A model generated the notes under the pieces. That model was given only the letters and a program-made list of their open reading frames with translations, searched no databases and was not told where the DNA came from. Position numbers and translations under genes: made by a program. DNA of 64,000 nucleotides from Octopus vulgaris (lineage: Eukaryota): positions 65,720,001 to 65,784,000 of the forward strand of contig OX597826.1 of the NCBI GenBank assembly GCA_951406725.2. The letters run 5' to 3'. Position 1 is the stretch's first letter; each line of letters opens with the position of its first letter. Of this stretch, positions 38,186 to 50,844 are shown one piece after another.

Positions 38186-39475
38186 CGAGGGACGTTCAAA
38201 AAGTAATGCCTCTGACCCACTTGCAGTTGTTTGATCTAGCTGAAAATTTGCATGTGCAATTATTTATATCTCTATAGATTAAGTGGCAAATTACAGCTCT
38301 GAACTAATTGTGGTTTCTAATTTACAGGTGTTTGAACTGAGTCAAGTGTGAAATGGAGCCTGTTGAGTGTCGAGCAGTGATCCGGTTTTTGTATTTGAAA
38401 GGACGCACACCACGGGAGACTTTTAATGAAATGAAAGTAACTTAAGGTGATGATGCCCCATCATATGACCTTGTAAAACGCTGGCATCGTGAATTCAAAC
38501 ATGGTTGGAACTCTGTGGAAACAGCTCCCAGATCTGGTCACCCCCCTTCTGCCATTGATGAGGCATCTATCCGTCAAGTTGAGGCTGTCATTTTGGAAGA
38601 TTGACGCATAACTATTCGCCAAATAGCCCATGAGGTCAAGATTAGTACTGGGTCTGTGGAAACTATCATTCATGACCATTTGCATATGCAAAAGGTGTCT
38701 GCCAGATGGATTCCCATGTTGCTCACACCTTTCCAGAAGCAAGAACGCGTCGAGTGCTCGAGGATGAATTTGGAGATGTGCCAAGAAGATGAGTTAAATT
38801 TTTTCAAAAGGCAGATTACACAGGATGAAACCTGGGTTCATCACTATGATCCAGAGACCAAAGCCCAGTCAATGCAGTGGAAGTATCGTGACTCACCTCC
38901 TCCAAAGAAGGCAAGGGTGCAGCCATCCGCTGGCAAGGTCATGCTCAGTCTTCTGGGACCAGGACGGAGTAGTGATGACAGATTTCCTGGCAAAGGGTAC
39001 CACAATTACAGGAGCCTATCATGCTTCACTTTTGAGGAAATTAAGAGAAGCTATCAAAATCAAGAGGCGGGGCAAGATCAGCAAAGGCATCCTCCTCCTG
39101 CAGGACAACGCTCCAGTCCACAACTCGCTTGTCGCCAGATCAGAAGCGCAGGCGTGCGGCTATGAACTCCTCCCCCATTCCCCCTACTCTCCTGACCTTG
39201 CACCCTCTGATTTTCACCTCTTCCCAGCCATGAAGTTGTTTTTGAAAGGAAAGCGTTTCACAGATGATGCAGCCTTGATTTCTGAAGTCACGTCGTGGTT
39301 GGAGGACCAAGCTGGGGTCTTCTACAAAACGGTCTCCAGAGCTGCATCAAACGATGGGAGAAATGCTTAACTCTGGGTGGTTCCTATGTAGAAAAAGACT
39401 AATAACTGTGCCAAGTTTCGTTGCTCTACTGCTATGGGAAGTGGGTCAGGGGCATTTCTTATTGAACGCCCCTCG
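38186..39475 (+). mobile_element. Full-length decayed mariner (irritans-like); transposase 38353-39402
   Basis: TIR cgaggg(a/g)cgttcaa, TA TSD; WIPMLL, TQDETW, DNAPVH, YSPDLAPSDF; a few stops and frameshifts. Confidence 0.95.
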
Positions 39476-39588
39476 TATGCAGCAGTAGTTGTTGATGTCA
39501 CACCAAAACATATGCTCTTACTCATTTGCAACACCGGATTATGATTATAAATATTTGGTAATTTGGAAGGCCCCCACCTATATGTCAT

Positions 39589-39683
<95 letters not shown>

Positions 39684-40147
39684 TGTTGGGGGATAGGGTT
39701 GTACAGGAGTGTGTGAAAATCTGTTTGCGAAAGACATACGTTTCCCAAATTAAACATAAAGTCACTAGATGCAATGTTTCCTCTTGTGGAACTGCCGACT
39801 AAAGCAATAAATAAGGCTGAATGGTGTATACAGCCTTTCCAGTATTGAGTACATCTCCTTACAAGGCTACAGTCCCTTTAAGGAAGAAGAAGAAGAAGAA
39901 GAAGAAGAAGAAGAAGAAGAAGAAGAAGGTGTATATGCAAGAGTTTGTACATAAAAGTGTGTTGCATGCAGTTGCATGTGTGTGATTGTGCACGACTTTG
40001 TGTGTGTGCATGTGTGTATGTGTGTATGTGTGTATTAGTATAGCGTGCATGTGCACCTCTGCATGTGTATGAGTCACCTGTCTACTGATGATTAACTTAT
40101 TCTTCACAGAAAAAGAGCTCAAATTCTTGTTTACAAACAATATATAC

Positions 40148-40301
40148 AGGCGTGGCTGTGTGGAGAGAAGCGTGCTCCTCAACCATATGGTTCCGTATTC
40201 AGTCTCACTGCATGGCACCTTGGGCAAGTGACTTCTATACCCTCGGGCTGACCAAGGCTTTGTGTGTGGATTTGGTAGACGGAAATTGAAAGAAGCCCGT
40301 C

Positions 40302-40361
<60 letters not shown>

Positions 40362-40587
40362 ATTTATCTGTGTATATTTGTTTGTGTGTCTGTGTTTGTC
40401 ACCCTCACAGTCGCTTGACAACCGGTGATGGTGTGTTTACGTCCCCGTAACTTAATGCTTCGGCAAAAGACATAAGTATTAGGCTTACAAAAAAATAAGT
40501 CCTGAGTCAATTTATTCGACTAAAGGCGGTGTTCCAGTATGGCCGCAGTCAAATAGCTGAAACCAATAAAAGAATAACGGAATAAAA

Positions 40588-40590
<3 letters not shown>
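40148..40590 (+). mobile_element. SINE family A, full length
   Basis: Head-to-tail match to the other copies. Confidence 0.9.
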
Positions 40591-40680
<90 letters not shown>

Positions 40681-40739
40681 TATCCCTTATTTTCTTCAGC
40701 CATATAATTTTATTTTTTATTTTTTTTTTAAATGAGGAA

Positions 40740-40932
40740 CTATGTACATTATTTACACTATTTACATTACTTATACTTGACGGATATTTGTCCTCATCTT
40801 GTTTGTTGTTAACACAGCGTTTCGGCTAATATACCCTCCAGCCTCCATCAGGTGTCTTGGGGAAATTTTGAACCTGGGTTCTCATTCCTAAGGTATTTTT
40901 TGATGTTGTTGTTGTTGTTGTTATTATTATTA

Positions 40933-41022
<90 letters not shown>

Positions 41023-41101
41023 GGTTACTGCCTGGAATCAAACTCGGAATCTTGGGGTTAGTAGCCCGCGCTCTTAACCACTCCGCGATACGTCCATGGG
41101 C
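40740..41101 (-). mobile_element. tRNA-headed SINE-like element carrying a hammerhead motif (40812-40855)
   Basis: Head: agtggttaagagcgc, ggg-ctactaa-ccc, gagtttgattcc. Then (AAT)n, then acac-CTGATGG-a-ggct...agcc-GAAA-cg-CT-gtgt. Confidence 0.7.
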
Positions 41102-41912
41102 TTTTCTTTTTTTATGCCCACATTTACATTATTTATAAATAATGTAAATGTAATGATGTATATAATTTTATATTTCAATATCTTAAGAGTCACTGTCACT
41201 CAAAGAATCTCAGTTTATTTGTAGTATTGACTGGAAGAATAGAACGTGTCCGTAGCCATCATTGACCCTACTGGATCAGTGAAGTCAACGCGTTTAATGT
41301 GCTTTTACAACAGTTGAATCTGGAATGCTTTGCCGAGGTTGTCAGCCGTGTCAATTTCCATCTCCTCCATTCACTGTCAATCTTTAAGTCATCAATTTCT
41401 GAGAATTTCTCCGCCGCCACCACCACCACCACCACCGCCGCCGCCGTCACCCCCCACCACCATCATCATCATCATCATCTCCTCCACCTCCTTCCACCTT
41501 CCTTCTTCTTCTTCCACCCCTTCGCACGCCATCTCTCCATTTCACCTAAATCTTCGGTTCCACCAGTTACCACCGGATTGTATACATTCCGATACCCTTC
41601 CACCCATCCACCACCCGTATCATTACATTTCTGCTCTCTTACTCAAAATCAACATTCTTGTGTTCTTCACTTACATCAATTAAATATAAAAAAAAAGATG
41701 CTTCTGCTATTGTTGTTGTTGTTGTTGTTGTTGCAGCTGTTGTTGTGCATTGTTGCGAACACAGTAAAAGCCAGTCGCGGGTATTTGAAGTAGCCATTGT
41801 TTATCGGTTTCCTACGTCATTGTTCCCCACCCCTCAACACCCACAACCGACAATAACCCATTTCATTAACAGAATACCCGGTTTCCACTGAATTCCAATA
41901 AACACAAGTACA

Positions 41913-41960
<48 letters not shown>

Positions 41961-42001
41961 AAGACAAACACACGTATGTATGTGTGTGTGTATATATATA
42001 T

Positions 42002-42032
<31 letters not shown>

Positions 42033-42690
42033 AATGTATATTGATGCTTAAACATATACACGTATATGATTATAGCTACACATACATGTACATATATTCT
42101 ACACAAACACACACACACACAAATGTATATATGTATGCATATGCACAAGCACAAGCACACGCAGATACATACGCACATACATAAATGTACTAACACCGCG
42201 AGCATGAAAAGTAAACACTACAGCAACAATATCCACGACAACAACAATAAGGTGAGAAAGGAGCAAGCTTAGACAAATAATCCTCATTATTATCAAATTC
42301 TATAAACCAAGTTGCGATTTTCTCGTCAGAAAGCATATTTATAACAGGAACAATAAGAAAAGCTTAGGTTAAAACAGGATGTTCAAGGTTCGACTATCAG
42401 CATTCCTAACCTTCAGGAAGGATCAAATGAACCATAAAAGAATATGAGAAATATTCATTGGAACTCATTAACGGTATTTAGTGTATTTATGTATTGTGAA
42501 TATCAGAGTTATTTTAGTTTGTCATGCTATATTTCCTTATAGCTCTCCGGATCAATTTACACGAATTCATAGAGGATATCCGTTACATACAGATATACAT
42601 ACATACATGCATACATACATACATGCATACATACATACATACATACATACATACATACATACATACATACATACATACATACATACATAC

Positions 42691-42737
<47 letters not shown>

Positions 42738-42876
42738 TCAATATAGGTGGCAAAAATTTTGTTACAGGGTGTTTTTCAATTTTCTCCTGGTTTACGGTAT
42801 TAATGTTATTTTGCGGTTAAAGCTTTTGGCTGTTATTTCTAGTGGTAATGGCTATTATGGCCGTTCCTTGATTGTG

Positions 42877-42909
<33 letters not shown>

Positions 42910-42933
42910 GTATGTGTGTATGTGTGTGTGTGT

Positions 42934-43265
42934 ATGTATATAATTAAGAGACAAAACCTCTATTAAGTAATTCAATTAATAGTGAAAGATATTATCTAAA
43001 ATAAATCATATAGAAAGAATTTAAATATATTATAATAAATATTATTCTAAAAATCACTGAATTAAATAATTTTGGGATTTTTAGAATAATATTTATTATA
43101 AATGGCGGTGTCCCAGCATGGCCACAGCTCGTGAGCTGAAACTAGATAAAATAAAATTTAAAAAAATAATATGTTTAAATTCTTTCTAAATGATTTATTG
43201 TAGATAATATCTTTCACTATTAATTGAATTACTTAATAGAGGTTTTGTCTCTTAATTATATACAT
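42934..43265. repeat. Long AT-rich palindrome (~120-bp arms) interrupted by a retroposon tail
   Basis: 42934-43031 pairs with 43168-43265; 43031-43055 pairs with 43076-43100; insert at 43101-43167. Confidence 0.9.
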
Positions 43266-43314
43266 ATATAATATATTGTGAAATTTGATTTAGTATTGCT
43301 AGTAATAATAATAA

Positions 43315-43745
43315 TCTTTTCTACTCTAGGCACAAGGCCCGAAATTTTGGGAGTGTAGGCCAGTCGATTACATCGACCCCAGTACTCAACTGGTACTTAA
43401 TTTATCGATCCCGAAAGGATGAAAGGCAAAGCCGACCTCGTTGGAATTTGAACTCAGAACGTAAAGACAGACGAAATACCACTAAGCATTTCGCCCGGCG
43501 TGAGCGATTTTAATTGGCTGATCGATATTTATATATCGGTTTCAAATTTTGGCACAAGGCCAGCAATTTCATGTTAGAGTCTAAGTCGATTAGATTGATC
43601 CCAGCGCTCAACTGGTATTTATTTTATCGACTCCGAAAGGAGGCAAAGTCGATCCTAGCGAAATTTGAACTCAGAGTATAAAAGATAGACGAAATGCCGC
43701 TAGGTGTTTTGCCCGGCGTGCTAACGATTCCGCCAGTTCGCCGCC
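43315..43745 (-). mobile_element. Two tandem SINE family B copies
   Basis: Family B core appears twice. Confidence 0.85.
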
Positions 43746-43828
43746 ATGATCGATATTTACATAGGCCGGTCATAGGTGGATACCAATACTATACAGAACC
43801 GATACAAGTGTCAGTAAAAACTTATATA

Positions 43829-44599
43829 CAGGGTGTTCGAGATAAATTTGACGATCTTTGTGTTTTTTTTTTCAAGAATTCAAGAACAACTGTTCAAGAA
43901 GAACAGTCAACGGCAACGGAGAGCATAAAGATTAAAGTTGTACTTGAGAAAAAGTTAACTGGCATGGAGGACTGGAAGTCATCGGAATATTAGAAAAGAG
44001 TTACCTGTATCATGACTCGTGCCCAGTCTCAAAATGCCGACATCATGACTACTGCTCAATGCTTTGTGCATAGTGTAAAAGCTGTAAGAGGGACGTCTGC
44101 CGCTCCACATCTTTGAACAGGGCCTTAAACTCAATTCAGACGACCTTGTGAAGCTGCTGGAGGCTATGGTCAAATTCTGGCTAGAGAGGGTTGTGCCAAA
44201 CCTCCGGAAAGAGTCAGAAATGGTTGTCGAAGAATCTTTTACGACTTCACCTGCCCCAGTGTCTGACCTTCTAATTACTCCGGTGTAATCCCGTGGAAAA
44301 CTGTGTGAAGCGCAGTTGAAAAAGACATCAATAGCCCTACCTACAACATTAAGACTGATGGTAGCCAAGATCAAGGCGGTGTTGGAAGATCTTCTCAAGT
44401 ACACAATAAGGAACGCATGCGCCAGGTTCAGGTTGCGGCCGTGGTGGAAGCTGAGGGTAACTATTTCTAGTAAACTGTTATCTCACAGCAACAATCTAGA
44501 TGATTTTTTTGATTTTTTAAAAATACTTTTATTTGCGGTTGGGATATTGTATTTTCTTTCCCTTTTGTGCAAACTATCAAATTTAGCCCGAACATCATG
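43829..44599 (+). mobile_element. Internally deleted Tc1/mariner element (DD37D/maT-like)
   Basis: TIR cagggtgttcg.g.taaatttga with TA flanks; remnants resembling PPHIFEQGLKLN, SQKWL, (W)PSNYS..NP, IRNACARFR. Confidence 0.7.
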
Positions 44600-45423
44600 T
44601 ATATTTGTTTATGATATACTTAGATATAATCAGTATTCACGTTTTTTCTTTTACTTGGAAAAACTATTGCCTTGTCTAAAATATAAAAGTCCTAGTTCAA
44701 ATGACCATAAAAAGATTACAGAATGGAAAATACCAAAAATAGAACAATAAAATACATCAAAAGAGATAAAAGATATCAAAAACAAAGATTCAATTTATTG
44801 TAGACGAAATATCCATATACTTCTATATTAATAGTGATAGCATAAGAATTACTTTAGCGAGGAGAAATTTTAAGCTTTCATTTTGAATTAATGTTCACGG
44901 TCGTCTGGTTTGATGGGAAAGAAATAGAGAAAAATGCAACACAACGATCGTGTGTTTATATTCAAATGGCAAACCTATAAGAGTAGGGAACCCTTAGAAA
45001 ATAGATTTCGTTGTCGCAGTAGCGATTATATTTAAATCATTTCCTCTCTCTGTTTACAAGTGAAGCCAAGAAATATTTATCATTAATTACTAACACGTCT
45101 TTGGCTTCCTCTGGTGGAGGAGGGAAAACATGACCAACATACGGCAAATACTTTAATTATTTTTTAAAAGCAGGAAATCCAAGACTTCACACTGCGTATA
45201 TACTGTATGTATATACGTCATTATTCAGTTTTATTTCAAGATTTCTTGTTAATAGAGAAAGAGCCGGTTTCTAACCTATATCCAAGGCTCCTTCATTGGA
45301 ATTTCAATTTGAACAACGGTGTATTTTTGCTTGTATGTATGTAATTATGTAAATATGTATATATGTATGTATGTGTGCATGCATGTATGTATGTACGTAT
45401 TTATGTATGCACATATGTATGTA

Positions 45424-45459
<36 letters not shown>

Positions 45460-45941
45460 TGTATGTATGCATGTATGCATGTATGCGTGTGTATGTGTGT
45501 GCGTGTATCATACATTTTGTTGGAATCACTGTTCTTAATAACAATTGATACTCAGAGCCCTTGATTCTAAAAAGCCTATTTCCCCATAAATAGATAACAT
45601 CAGCACTTCATATTTGTGCATGTATATGAACAGATCAAGAAGTAAAATGATGGGCTTGGTAAAAGTAGGGTTTAAGAAGCAACTTCCCTGAATGCATGTG
45701 TGACCGGGGCGCCAAATTTTCACTTGCTCACACTGCCGATTATCAACAATTATGTCATATCCTACTATATAGCGTCACTGTCCTACATTAAGTAAATACA
45801 ACAGTGTTACTTTATTTAAGTGAACACAGGCGGACATAATTTTGATCGGTTTCTTAATTGACTCCGTTCAAATTTGTTTTAAAGTTTTACCGTCTAATGC
45901 CGCTCAAGTGAAGATGATAGTTTAATACTTTTTTTTATTAT

Positions 45942-46350
45942 TCTTTTCTACTCTAGGCACAAGGCCTGAAATTTTGGGGAAGGGGCCAGTCGATTAGATC
46001 GATCCCAGTACACAACTGATACTTAATTTATCAACCCCGAAAGGATGAAAGGCAAAGTCGACCTCGGCGGAATTTGAACTCAGAACATAAAGACGGACGA
46101 AATAACTGTTTTATTATTACTGTTCATTATCAAAGGGGGCGAGCTGCCAGAATCGTTAGCACGCCGGGCGAAATACCTAGTGGTACCTCATTTGTATTTA
46201 TGTTCTGAGTTCAAATTCCGCCGAAATCGACTTTGCCTTTCGTCGTTTCGGGGTCTGTAAATTAAGTACCAGTTACGTACTGAAGTCGATCTAATCGACT
46301 GTCCCCCCTGCCCCAAAATTTTAGGCTTTGTGCCTATAGCAGAAAGGATT
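45942..46350. mobile_element. Inverted pair of SINE family B copies (45942-46105 minus, 46135-46350 plus)
   Basis: Family B core on opposite strands, about 30 bp apart. Confidence 0.85.
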
Positions 46351-49292
46351 ATTACTATTCATTATCGTCTCACATGAGATCGTCTAACTTCATATATAAT
46401 CTTAAGATACGCAAACATGCTTTGGTTCATATTTTTGGTCTAATTGATTGGTAATGCGGAGCTATTTATTTTGGCATTACAAATGAGTAATTTTACAACA
46501 TTTTTTTTTAAAGTGAGCTATTAAGAACATCTATTGACTGAAGTGAAAAGAAGAAAGTGCACATTATTCCGTTAGTACACAAAATGAATCACTGTACTGT
46601 ATTATACTTGTTTAGTTCAGTTTACAGGAAACAAACATGGCCAATAGATGTTTTAATTTATGTTATTTTTTCCCCAATACAAATGATAATGTCAACAATG
46701 AATTTATGCTCAATGTGATATCAATTTTGGAACAATTATTGAAGATCTTTAATTTTATTGCTTTTCTTTTCTTTGTTATGCACTTTAACAAACTTTAATG
46801 AATTAGTTCGAAATTATGACCCAACTAAAATTAAGACTACGTTTACAGAATATGACGAAAGATTTTTTATTGTGACAATCAAGACTACTATGACTAGTGT
46901 TACTAAGTAAAATGACTCGTCGAAACATTTTCACTGAGCAACTCGTATAAAAGCTCTGGCGTTTGGTCGACTTAGATTTTCGGGGACTCATGGTTTTATT
47001 TTTTGAAAACTTTTTTAAAATACGCGTTATGACTTTTTTCTTCATTAAAATTGGTAGAAGCCTTGAGGTTAAACAGAGTACTCACTATTTAGTTATCGTT
47101 TTATCCCCATTATGCTGAATAAAGAAAGTGAACCAGAAGTATACAAAACGCATAATTTGCAGTTTCAGGTGTGGAGTCAAGCAAATCAATGAGAGATTTT
47201 CTTGCTAGAAATCACAACACATGTTAGCCAGCATGCTGGTAGTAAACAGATCAATGTGCATGATTGTAAATATTATATTTCATTTTAGAAAGAAATCCAT
47301 TGAAAATCTATCGAAAGATATCCTAATTGTAAGCAAAATAATTCCACTTTGTCAGCAAAAATTAACTAGAACAGTGTTACTTAAGCTAAAAAAAGACGAC
47401 CTAAAATATTTTAATATACAATGATATTGATTGCATGAAATTTGATAAAACTGGCTTCGTAGTTGTAACACATGCACATCACGAAGAGAATACATTAATT
47501 GCAGTATAAATGTCTTTTTGAGGTTAGATATGGGCGTTATATAAGGACACATTTGGGTTCAAACAATAGTTTCTGAAAGGGAAAGAGGTTAATCATTCCC
47601 AGTTGATGTATACCTATTTACATAAAGCTGCATACTGCATATATTGCCATTGCCACTTTTTAAAAATTTATGTGACATCCGGTAATCGGCAGGCTTTCAA
47701 AACACAGGGTGGATCCCCTAAGCGGAAAAATATTCAAAACTTATTTGTCCTTGAAAATAGCGACAGTCGTGAGTCATTTCCTACTTGAAAAAAAAACAAA
47801 ACAAAAAAAACAAACAAAAACAAACAAACACCGAATTCGTCTTCAAGGTGACATTGATGAAGAACTACTAAAGCAAATGTAGTGATAAAATAAAATAAAA
47901 TAAAGAGATATACTGTTGCTAGATTGTACAAAATATCTAACTTTTTAGAATCTTGCATTTCGTAGTCTTACTGAGGATGGCATCAAACGAAAACAGGAAA
48001 TTTCATGTTACTTTTGCTGTAAAAAGAGCATTTAGAACAAGCATGTGCAACTTTTTCGAGAAGCGGGCCGCATCAAATATGGCTCGTCATTAGGTGAGCC
48101 ACACTGCTAAAAAATTTCTAAGTAATTTTTCCTTTGGCGTGCCATTCAGACAGCATCGCGTGTCGCATTTTACTCACGACTGATGTAGAACGTTTAAAAA
48201 GTACAGAAAATCGTTAACATCGTACCTTTCTTCTGAAATTCAAAGTGAATTTATAAATCACATGGTTCATATGTGCGAAACTATTATTTGTTAACAATTC
48301 GTGGAGATAAATATTATGGTATTCAGTTATGATTTCACACTGGATGTGTAGAATGTCGATGTGGTTCGTCATTAGTTATCGATCTAAGTGATTCAATTTG
48401 TTGACATTGACTTCAAGCCAAAGAAAGCTGAAGTCAAAGAGTCATGTATGGGCTTTATACATATAAAGAAAAAAGACGCTGCCCATACTGAGAAAACACT
48501 AAACATTAAGATGTGGAATGGAATTTATCGAGTGGTTGTTCATATTGTCATGCTGTTGCTGGTATTATGTTAGGTCATGATTCTGCAAAATTGCTCTAAA
48601 ACTGACCTTCATAAGTATCAAAAAGGTTTACGAATCATATTACGTACACCTACGAGGCTATTCTTCAATCATTTTATATTTACAGTTGTGATATTGTGAA
48701 ATTATTGTGATATTATTGTGATTTTACTGAGATTCAGTGGCTAATTCATTGAGTTATTGTCTGTAAGTGGACAATGCGCCTCAAAACAAATATTGAAAAT
48801 ATTTCAGAGTTGAGGATGTTAAAAATAGATTTACGTCAGGCACGCGGGAACCCTCAATATGTGAGGTCACGGCAAACCAAATCAAATAAGAGTTCATGCA
48901 GTGCATACATCACAGAACACATATGTCATTTATAACCTATTGAATGTCAAGCACGTGGCAACATCGCTTCCACTTAGTTGTGATGCTGTGACTTGCAGAG
49001 TGGCAGTAGATGTTAATCAAAGCAACAATTCAAAAATTAACTCTGTTCATTACACATAAAACAGATGAAGTTATTCATATTCACCGGAAACACTCAGGCT
49101 CATACGTTTGCAATTGTACAGCTATCGCAATTAATAAATTCATCTACTTCCATAGTCCATTGTATTTTTTTGAATACATACATACATTCAGACATATGTC
49201 ATGTAAGTAGGGTTAAATCCAAGCCGTGCCCTCTTGAAATACATCTGCCTATTACAGTATTACAATTCAGTGTGTAGTTACTCTCTTTACTA

Positions 49293-49690
49293 TCTTTTAC
49301 TTGTTTCAGTCATTTGACTGCGGCCATGCTGGAGCACCGCCTTTAATCGAGCAATTCGACCCCAGCACTTATTCTTTGTAAGCCCAGTACTTATTCTATC
49401 GGTCTGTTTTGCCGAACCGCTAAGTGACGGGGACATAAACACACCAGCATCGGTTGTCAAGCAATGCTAGTGGGACAAACACAGACACACAAACACGCAC
49501 ACATATATATATATATATTAATATATACGACGGGCTTCTTTCAGTTTCCATCTACCAAATCCACTCACAAGGCATTGGTCGGCCCGAGGCTATAGTAGAA
49601 GACACTTGCCCAAGGTGCTACGCAGTGGGACTGAACACGGAACCATGTGGTTGGTAAACAAGCTACTTACCACACAGGCACTCCTGCGCC
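49293..49690 (-). mobile_element. SINE family A, full length
   Basis: Head-to-tail match to the other copies. Confidence 0.9.
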
Positions 49691-50002
49691 TTTTGTATTG
49701 ATGTGAAGTACATTTTAGAGTTGAACATTCTGGAAATATATTTTGCTGAATTTTAATATATCAAAAGAAGTTGGAAAAAAAATTTCCAACTTCATTTGTT
49801 AATAGGAATTACAAAATTTCCTATTAGACATTCTTCAGAGAATCAAAAACTATTATTGAGTTTCTACCTGGAGAATTCCTAACAGGAAATTTTTTACATG
49901 TTTATCCTGCATGTAAAATTTTGTTTTGTAATTTCGTAAATCCTATTAGAAAATGAAACATGTGTAATGGTGAATAAATAATACCAAAACAATTTTTCCA
50001 AC

Positions 50003-50040
<38 letters not shown>

Positions 50041-50213
50041 AAATAGGAAAGGAAAAAATCGAAAACGAAACAAAGAAAAAATTCACAAACACACATATAC
50101 GAACATGAAAATAAATGCTCCCTCTCTCTCTCTCTCTTCGACACTGGCATAGGTATGTGGTCAAGAAGTTCACTTCTTGTGGTACATTGGGAAAGTATAT
50201 TTGTATATATGTA

Positions 50214-50650
50214 ATGGCCCAGTGGTTAGGGCAGTGGACTCGCGGTTGTAGGATCGCGGTTTCGATTCCCAGACCGGGCATTGTGAGTGTTTATTGAGCA
50301 AAAACACCTAAAGCTCCACGAAGCTCCAGCATAACTTTCTCTCACTCTTTCTTCCTGTTTCTGTTGTGCCTGTATTTCAAAGGGGCCAGCCTTGTCATAC
50401 TCTATGTCACGCTGAATCTCCCCGAGAACTACGTTAAGTGTACACGTGTCTGTGAAATGCTCGGCCACTTGCATGTTAATAAATGAGCTGCGACGTCACT
50501 GGTGCCAAGCTGTATCGGCCTTTGCTTTTCCCTTGGATAACATCGGTGGCATGGAGAGGGGAGGCCGGTATGCATGGGCGACTGCTGGTCTTCTTCAAAT
50601 AACTTTGCCTAGACTTGTGCCTCGGAGGGTAACTTTCTAGGTGCAGGGGG
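50214..50650 (+). mobile_element. tRNA-derived SINE family C
   Basis: A box tggcccagtgg, B box ggtttcgattcc; body related to 18171-18395 and to about 12530-12710 (minus). Confidence 0.7.
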
Positions 50651-50711
50651 TCACAACAATACATATATATATATATTTATACATATACATAGATAGATGG
50701 ATGGGATAGAC

Positions 50712-50754
<43 letters not shown>

Positions 50755-50765
50755 TAGATAGATAT

Positions 50766-50844
<79 letters not shown>

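Noticed and set aside
41021-41101. Functional tRNA gene
   Set aside because: Acceptor stem does not pair, T-loop is mutated, and the ACT anticodon is atypical; better explained as a SINE head. The same applies to the heads at 18171 and 50214.
47970-48000. ctgagga...gaaa as a hammerhead
   Set aside because: No stem II pairing and no UH or stem I.
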